From positions 1 through 54,277 of the IMG/VR virus record IMGVR_UViG_3300010373_000058: 54,277 nt of DNA. The stretch is one strand, 5' to 3'. Position 1 is the first letter of the stretch; each line of letters starts with the position of its first letter. The translations under genes were made by a program, and so were the position numbers. Below, in pieces: positions 48,314 to 54,277 of the stretch. The notes below the pieces were generated by a model. That model did not search any database and was not told where the DNA came from. It saw nothing but the letters and a program-made list of their open reading frames with translations. The stretch comes from a virus (lineage: Duplodnaviria; Caudoviricetes).

Positions 48314-49699
48314 ATGGCAGACATCATCAGTTGCGACCAATTTACACAACTCCTTGTAGATCAACAACCTGTCTACGACGAGTTGATTCTGAGAGACATC
48401 ACCCCCGTCGATTCCTGGATTGGCAACGTCGCCACCGGGACATTCCCCAACCACGAAGGCGTGGAACGGCGTCTGGATCGTTTCCGTGACGTGTGGCCCA
48501 ACACCACGAAGGTATGGACCCGCACCCAGTATGCCTCCTGTCTTGGGACGCCCTGCGACAAGACCGAGTACAACATCGGTTGGGGTTCGGAACGAATCAC
48601 CTACTTTCTGGAGGAACAAAGCTGGCAGACACCACTGCTGTGCTTCGACCAGTTGATGCACGTCACGCATTCGGTGGAACAATTCGAGCAGATTATCACC
48701 GACATCCTGCGTCCGTCCACCTCGGCAATCATGTCCATGTTCCTTCGCAAAAGGGCTTTGGACCATGCCAGCAAGCGTTTCTTCACCAGTTCAGCGGGCA
48801 GCCTGAGTGAGTTCACCTTCCAATGGACGACCGTTGGTGACGAGGAAATCTACTTTGATTGCTCGGTCAATCCAAACGACTGCGGAAAACTGACTCCCCA
48901 GGCGTTGCAGGTCCGGTTTAATCCGCTCATGCGGGTGGGTTACGCCGGCAAGAATCCTTTCAAGGACACGGCACCGTTCATCGAACTGGTAACGGACATC
49001 GAGACCTGCTGGGAACTGGACCGACTTGGCGGTTCCACAGGGGTAGGCGGCACGCCATCCATCGCCGGTAACTGGAGGTTCACGGAATGGGGCGCTCAGG
49101 AAGCCTACTGGCGCTACGGGTTCAGCGGTCAGATTGGAAATTTCATGGTTCGCACCGACTGGGCCGGTCTTCGGTTCAACTTCGTGGGCGACCTTGGCGC
49201 ATCGGCCAACGGCGGCAACGGGAATCGTTACCGTTACCAGTTGGTGTTGCCCTACAAGAACGACACCACGGGCGGCGCGGGTGGAGACCCCGGCCTGGGA
49301 CGCATCGACAACCCGGACTTCGACAAGGCGCATTTCCGAATCGCCTACATCATGCACAAGAAGGCGTTGACCGCCCTGGTTAGCGACTCGACCCCCATCA
49401 ATCCTGAAATGCCGTTCTCAGCCCGCGACTTTGCCGGGCGATGGCAGTTCGTGATGGACAACCTTGGCGCGGATGTGAACGGGTGCGTCATTGAGAACAA
49501 ACGGCGCAACAAGGGCCAGTTCATCGGCGACTTCAAACTGGCCATCCGACCCGAGTACACGGAGTTCCTGAACGTGTTCTTCTACAAGGGCGAACCGCTC
49601 TGCGTGCCCTACATCAACACCTGCTCGCCTGATCCCGGATACCCGGTTCAGTCCTATCAGTCTGCAAATGAGGCTTGTGATGGTTCAATTCCAGACTAA
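48314..49699 (+). CDS. Major capsid protein
   Basis: 461 aa after scaffold; strongly C/G-ending codons; long structured leader. Confidence 0.7.
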   Translation: MADIISCDQFTQLLVDQQPVYDELILRDITPVDSWIGNVATGTFPNHEGVERRLDRFRDVWPNTTKVWTRTQYASCLGTPCDKTEYNIGWGSERITYFLEEQSWQTPLLCFDQLMHVTHSVEQFEQIITDILRPSTSAIMSMFLRKRALDHASKRFFTSSAGSLSEFTFQWTTVGDEEIYFDCSVNPNDCGKLTPQALQVRFNPLMRVGYAGKNPFKDTAPFIELVTDIETCWELDRLGGSTGVGGTPSIAGNWRFTEWGAQEAYWRYGFSGQIGNFMVRTDWAGLRFNFVGDLGASANGGNGNRYRYQLVLPYKNDTTGGAGGDPGLGRIDNPDFDKAHFRIAYIMHKKALTALVSDSTPINPEMPFSARDFAGRWQFVMDNLGADVNGCVIENKRRNKGQFIGDFKLAIRPEYTEFLNVFFYKGEPLCVPYINTCSPDPGYPVQSYQSANEACDGSIPD

Positions 49700-50217
49700 A
49701 CGGAAGTCCAACTCTTACGATTGATGATACGTTGAGCGACTCCGAAAGAAACCCCAAAACGCTTTCGGAGTCGCTTGTAACCCCAACCTTCTTCGGAATG
49801 AAGACGACGCATTTCGACCACTTGAAAAGCCTTAAGTTTGCTTTGTGGATGAGATTCTCCGCGTCTGGTTTTCCATCGTTCTTTCCAAAGTCGCTTAAGG
49901 GTTTCTGCTTGTGGCTTAAGTCTTCCCTTTTTAAGGGCATCAATCGTGTTTTGTTTTCCGCTTCCGATCCAAAGATGTTCGGGATTAACGCAAGACCTGT
50001 TATCCCCTCTTGGACAATTGTGGCAAACCATCATTCCTTTTGGAATCGGTCCCCGGTGAGCAATCCAGGAAAATCTGTGAGCGTAGATCGTTTTCCCGAA
50101 GTCTCTCAACATTCCGTACCCGGCTGCGGATTTCGCTCTTGTCCAGAGCCAGCATCCGTTTTGGTTAACTTCATAAGCCTTATCAAAGAAGTGCTTTCCA
50201 CTAATAATCGTAGTCAT
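49696..50217 (-). CDS. HNH homing endonuclease (antisense to late operon)
   Basis: GCWLW...GYG...AHRFSW...GPIP.G..VCH.C..DNRSCVNPEHL..G...N..D; GE.HP.SKL. Confidence 0.9.
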   Translation of the reverse strand: MTTIISGKHFFDKAYEVNQNGCWLWTRAKSAAGYGMLRDFGKTIYAHRFSWIAHRGPIPKGMMVCHNCPRGDNRSCVNPEHLWIGSGKQNTIDALKKGRLKPQAETLKRLWKERWKTRRGESHPQSKLKAFQVVEMRRLHSEEGWGYKRLRKRFGVSFGVAQRIINRKSWTSV

Positions 50218-50257
50218 TGGGGTATGGTATCTCAGTGATTACACAAGTCCACCAAAT

Positions 50258-50560
50258 ATGCCAAAATACGATAATTCGGGTTACGACGAAGAGCCGGACG
50301 ACCAGCAGGACGCGGTGCATGGCGAGGACGACGGTTCACCATCGGCAGTGCTTCCCAAGAGCATTCTCATGGGGAAGAAGTTCAATGTGGGCGACGAGGT
50401 GGTGTTGAAAATCACCAGCATTGGCGAGGACGAAATCGGTGTGGAATACGCCCTGTCCAAGGGCGAAGGAGAGAAGAAGGACGACGAATCCTCCGAATCC
50501 ATGCCGGACGATGAAATGGGCGAAGGGGAACCCGCCATGAGCGGTGGCAACTACGACTGA
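50258..50560 (+). CDS. Highly acidic small protein
   Basis: D/E-rich with a short beta core. Confidence 0.6.
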   Translation: MPKYDNSGYDEEPDDQQDAVHGEDDGSPSAVLPKSILMGKKFNVGDEVVLKITSIGEDEIGVEYALSKGEGEKKDDESSESMPDDEMGEGEPAMSGGNYD

Positions 50561-50568
50561 CATGAATC

Positions 50569-50946
50569 ATGGCCACCGACGCGAACTCACTTCTGGAAGC
50601 GTCCAAGTGTTACGAAAACTGCACCGCACCGGGTCAGTGGCAGTTGTTGAAACTTGGGTTGTTGCAGCAAATCCTACTCGCCTCAAATCCAATGGCTGAT
50701 ACCAGCGTCAATGCGTTGTTGGAAGACGCCAAGTGTTACGCCTGTCTTTCACCCGGCATCTGGATGCTGCTAGAACTGGCCCTGTTGCAGCAGATAGTCA
50801 ACAACGGCGGTGGTGGTGGAGGAGGTGTGGGATCGGTGTTGTGCGGAACCGTGGACCCAACGACTGCACCCACCGGAACCTGCGCGATTTATTACCGCAC
50901 TGATACGGGAACCATATTCGTCTGGAACGGCGCTGCGTGGTTATAG
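50569..50946 (+). CDS. Virion-associated protein with internal tandem repeat
   Basis: Two copies of N.LLE..KCY..C..PG.W.LL.L.LLQQI; C-terminal G..DP...YYRTDTG..FVWNG..W. Confidence 0.6.
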   Translation: MATDANSLLEASKCYENCTAPGQWQLLKLGLLQQILLASNPMADTSVNALLEDAKCYACLSPGIWMLLELALLQQIVNNGGGGGGGVGSVLCGTVDPTTAPTGTCAIYYRTDTGTIFVWNGAAWL

Positions 50947-50961
50947 ACAATCGCATGAGCC

Positions 50962-51315
50962 ATGACGCCGGAATTCGAGGTTGTAGAGGATGGCGACCGG
51001 CGATTCTACCTGATTAAAGAACCGCCCGAATTCGAGCACAACATCCCGCTTGGCCAGTTGATGCTGGTCAAGGATGTGGTTGTTCAGGAAAAGTGGAAGC
51101 TGGATAATGTCATCGGTCGGAAGCTGGACTGGTTGATAGAGCAGCATGTTAAATTCAACAACCATCTCTACCACCTCGAAACCGAGATCATTCGCGGGAA
51201 ACAATTCCGTAAATTCGTATGGTCCAGGGTGGCCATCTTTGTTGGGATGGGCGTGGCACTGCTGGAATTCCTTGTTCACATTGCCCCGATACTCGCCGCA
51301 CACTGGTTTTCGTGA
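50962..51315 (+). CDS. Membrane protein with C-terminal TM helix
   Basis: Hydrophobic C-terminal segment. Confidence 0.55.
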   Translation: MTPEFEVVEDGDRRFYLIKEPPEFEHNIPLGQLMLVKDVVVQEKWKLDNVIGRKLDWLIEQHVKFNNHLYHLETEIIRGKQFRKFVWSRVAIFVGMGVALLEFLVHIAPILAAHWFS

Positions 51316-51317
51316 AA

Positions 51318-51778
51318 TGCCGGAAAGCACCGTAAAGCAAATAGATGACTACTACAAGCTGATGGGTGAAAGGACAGTGAAGGGGGAGGTGTCTCCAAGG
51401 CCGTTGAAGTTTCTGGTGATTGACGACGATGAAAACTTCCAGTTGTTGATGAAGGCCAGCTTCTCCAGAAAGGGATTCGTGCTGGACGGCGCGTTGAACT
51501 CGGAAGAAGGCAGGAACAAGGCGAGGGTTCAGCAACCGCCCTACACGCTCATCATCATGGATATTCAGGGGATAGGCGAACCCGCCTCACAGGCGTTGAT
51601 GAAGTTGAAGGACGCGGCTCCGTCCAGTCCGGTGGCGCTGTGCACGGGATTCCCGATGCACGACCAGGTGCAGGAGTGCATGAAACACGGACCTTTCTGG
51701 CTGTTGGAAAAACCTCTCGACGTTGGCCGGTTATCGGCCATATTCGAGCATTACCGGGACATGCTGTGCCCGACCTGA
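51318..51778 (+). CDS. Stand-alone response regulator receiver domain (CheY-like)
   Basis: FLVIDDDE, LIIMDI (phospho-Asp), LCTG, LLEKP. Confidence 0.85.
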
Positions 51779-51779
51779 T

Positions 51780-52556
51780 ATGAAGAAACGAAATCTGTGG
51801 CTGTTCATTCTGGTGCTCATCACCCTGCCGATGATCGCCGCCATATTCCAGAACACGTTCACCACCGATTCAGTGGGTAGAACTCCATTGGTGATGACCA
51901 CGACCACCTCTCCAATGGTTCCACTGGCCCACATGGCGGATGATTCGGATGGGATCATTCACATCAACCCGAATGTCACCTATACCCGAACCAATCTTAA
52001 CCTGTCTGGCAACCTGACCAACAACGCCACGAGATCAACCAATGGCATTTTCCCTCTGGATGTTGGAGCTTCAAAGCTGTCCCGAACTGATTCAAATACA
52101 AAGCTGGCCGCAGTAACCGTTGGAACCGGACTGTCCTTCGATGGCACCACACTAAGTGCCACCGGAGGTGTGGCAGGTTCGCAGACAAATACTCCCATCG
52201 TTCTGACACTGGGCGGGACCGGAGGCACGAATGTCAGCGGCGGTGACTGGAGCCTTGGCAGCGCCAGCGGGACGACGTTCAAGTTGATTCTGACGGCGAA
52301 TGCCTATTTCGGGCCAACCTCATTCAGCAATGTTCCCAACACCAATGGACAACAGAACGCCATTTTGTACATCTATCAGGATGGAACCGGCACTCGAACT
52401 GTTACCTGGACCAACAGCGTATTTTCCTTTGTGAATGGTGTAGCCCTGGTACAAACCACCAACGCGGGGGCACTGGACACTTACAGCCTGTTCAACGATT
52501 TGCAGACCAATGGCCAGATAAACGTGGTTCCGGCAAACAATTTACGAAGACCATAA
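51780..52556 (+). CDS. Fibre-like Thr/Asn/Gly-rich protein with signal-like N-terminus
   Basis: VGTGLSFDGTTL and YQDGTGTRTVTW motifs common in phage fibre proteins. Confidence 0.55.
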   Translation: MKKRNLWLFILVLITLPMIAAIFQNTFTTDSVGRTPLVMTTTTSPMVPLAHMADDSDGIIHINPNVTYTRTNLNLSGNLTNNATRSTNGIFPLDVGASKLSRTDSNTKLAAVTVGTGLSFDGTTLSATGGVAGSQTNTPIVLTLGGTGGTNVSGGDWSLGSASGTTFKLILTANAYFGPTSFSNVPNTNGQQNAILYIYQDGTGTRTVTWTNSVFSFVNGVALVQTTNAGALDTYSLFNDLQTNGQINVVPANNLRRP

Positions 52557-52575
52557 TGACGGGTTAATTCGTACC

Positions 52576-53067
52576 ATGCAAATAAAGCTAGAACGAGGAA
52601 TAGTAAACATTGACGAACCCGATCTTGGACCAATGATGGAGTTTTCAAGAAAATGGAATATCGACAATAACGGATATGTTGCCTGTTTCATCAGTAAGAA
52701 CAAGAAGAACGCAAAGGTATATCTTCACCGATGGATACTGGGTTTGCACCGAAAGGAGGTAAGCCGGTTTATAGTTGTGGACCACATCAATCACGACCGG
52801 TCGGACAACAGAAAGTCGAATTTGAGAGTTTGCAACATGGCTGACAATGCCGCTCATCGCAAATATCAAAAGAAGAAAGGCTCTTCCAGATTTATTGGAG
52901 TTGCGTGGCATAAGAAAAATAAAAGATGGGAGGCGTACGCTTACAGGGACAGAAAGACAATATATCTGGGGCAGTTCGACACGCAGGAAGAAGCAGCCAA
53001 AGCGAGAGATTCATTTGTGCAACATGCTTACCGTGGATTCGCAACTCTTAATGTAGTTGGAAATTGA
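52576..53067 (+). CDS. HNH-AP2 homing endonuclease
   Basis: LHR.I...VDHINHDRSDNRKSNLR; SRFIGV.W......W.A...YLG.F.T.EEAA.ARD. Confidence 0.92.
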   Translation: MQIKLERGIVNIDEPDLGPMMEFSRKWNIDNNGYVACFISKNKKNAKVYLHRWILGLHRKEVSRFIVVDHINHDRSDNRKSNLRVCNMADNAAHRKYQKKKGSSRFIGVAWHKKNKRWEAYAYRDRKTIYLGQFDTQEEAAKARDSFVQHAYRGFATLNVVGN

Positions 53068-53987
53068 TGAAGACCCTTGCTTCAAAATCATGTCTTCTCT
53101 CTTTTCTGCTTTGTCTATCCGCTCAAGCTGGACGGGCGGTGTTTCCAGGTTACGACGCTCAGGTGATTGACTGGAACAACCGGTCAAGCACGAACAACGG
53201 AGGATTTGCCGGGGCGCAAAATGCGTCCATAAAACCCTCGACCCGTCTGGCGGCAACGGAGTTCATGCGGGCGATTCGCAACGCTGGATTTTATCCTGGT
53301 AAAATTCTTCGTTTGAATCTGTTCGCGGGAAATGATTTCCATACCGGAGCTTCCGATACCGTTCTTGGAGCGGTTCAGACGCCGTTGATTGCAGACAAAG
53401 GAAGCGCGATAGATGTTTCCTCGCAGGCTCAAGGGGGCTGGACATATAAAGAACAAGGCTCTGGAGGGGGATTGTCTGACCCTGGAGCTTCTGGTAATTT
53501 GGATACAGGGGTCATTCCATCAAATGATTTTCCGGCAAATACAAACATTCATTTTTTTGTTTATGTTGTATCTCAAAGCACCGAAGCAACTTGGTCATTT
53601 GGAGGGCAGGATGGTTCTGGACACGAATGGGGTCTTGTTGGGCCTTCATTTACTGCGGTAGGAACAAGGCATGATATTTGTGGCTCAGGGACAGCATATA
53701 CGGATAATAATGGAAGCGGAGGATACTTTTCACAAGTTGAAACGACTTCTCCACAAGCATATAAGAACGGAGTTTTTAAGGCTTCACAGGCTCCGGTTGC
53801 ACAAAGTCTTCCGACAGTTACAACGTTTGTTTTTGCGCTCAATCTTAACGGTGGTCGGTCATCTTCAACAACCAAAACACTCGCTGGATATAGTTTTGGA
53901 ACGAAATTCGATAATAGCGGACTTGCTGCTCCCATTTATTACAACGCCTGGCAAAGATTTGAAACCTGCTTAGGCAGACAACAATGA
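53064..53987 (+). CDS. Putative lectin-like/receptor-binding protein with signal-like N-terminus
   Basis: Beta-rich, LDTG motif, C-terminal LGRQ. Confidence 0.45.
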   Translation: MMKTLASKSCLLSFLLCLSAQAGRAVFPGYDAQVIDWNNRSSTNNGGFAGAQNASIKPSTRLAATEFMRAIRNAGFYPGKILRLNLFAGNDFHTGASDTVLGAVQTPLIADKGSAIDVSSQAQGGWTYKEQGSGGGLSDPGASGNLDTGVIPSNDFPANTNIHFFVYVVSQSTEATWSFGGQDGSGHEWGLVGPSFTAVGTRHDICGSGTAYTDNNGSGGYFSQVETTSPQAYKNGVFKASQAPVAQSLPTVTTFVFALNLNGGRSSSTTKTLAGYSFGTKFDNSGLAAPIYYNAWQRFETCLGRQQ

Positions 53988-54117
53988 AACTCATTAGATT
54001 CATCGGTGGATGCGTGGCGGTTGTGATCGTTCTGGCCGCCTGTTTTTTCAGTCTGGTGGATTCTGCTCTTGGCAAAGAGACGACCACCGGGTAAGTTAAC
54101 CCCAACAAACCAAACCT

Positions 54118-54277
54118 ATGCCAAACTCATGGACATTCGACCAGCCCAACACACTGGTCTTCGAGAACCCTTCAGTGGGACAAATCCTGACCATCACCAA
54201 CACCGGTTCGGGTGAATGGCAGGCGGCGCTCACGAAGAGCGGCGCTGACAAGGGAACCATCAAGCTGGACAACTTGC
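54118..54277 (+). CDS. Hypothetical protein continuing across the circular join to 74
   Basis: MPNSWTFDQP...GTIKLDNL|QAFKDMFSQIAPLLPGT*. Confidence 0.6.
   Translation, partial: MPNSWTFDQPNTLVFENPSVGQILTITNTGSGEWQAALTKSGADKGTIKLDNL

Noticed and set aside
1-54277. Phage-encoded integrase/IntI, reverse transcriptase or DGR
   Set aside because: No tyrosine recombinase R-H-R-Y pattern, serine recombinase or YxDD RT motif recognised in the ORFs; no TR/VR pair seen

Overview
This window appears to be an essentially complete, circularly permuted ~54 kb podovirus-like dsDNA phage genome. The first and last 16 nt overlap, and one ORF runs across the join. The host is probably Verrucomicrobia (inferred from host-type STNLxxW...RF[FY]R C-terminal motifs). 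Layout: lysis/membrane genes (0-3 kb), early/accessory genes (3-17.5 kb), replication (initiator, DnaB, GroES; 18.9-21.3 kb), tail/ejection proteins (21.4-33.5 kb), TerL, three glycosyltransferase-like genes, portal, a PurD-like ATP-grasp enzyme, scaffold and major capsid (33.5-49.7 kb), then a receiver-domain protein and fibre-like genes. Main finding: 11 integron attC-like hairpins organise accessory genes into cassettes with self-complementary core sites. All are oriented opposite to the ORFs, most carry the start and/or stop codons of flanking genes, two arrays start at a shared attI-like sequence, and I found no integrase. Also notable: two tRNA-Leu-like RNAs with greatly enlarged central domains, a TerL intein with an HNH gene overprinted in another frame and broken by one TGA, a second intein in the ATP-grasp gene, and six HNH endonuclease ORFs. 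All calls come from reading motifs by eye; no database searches were run.
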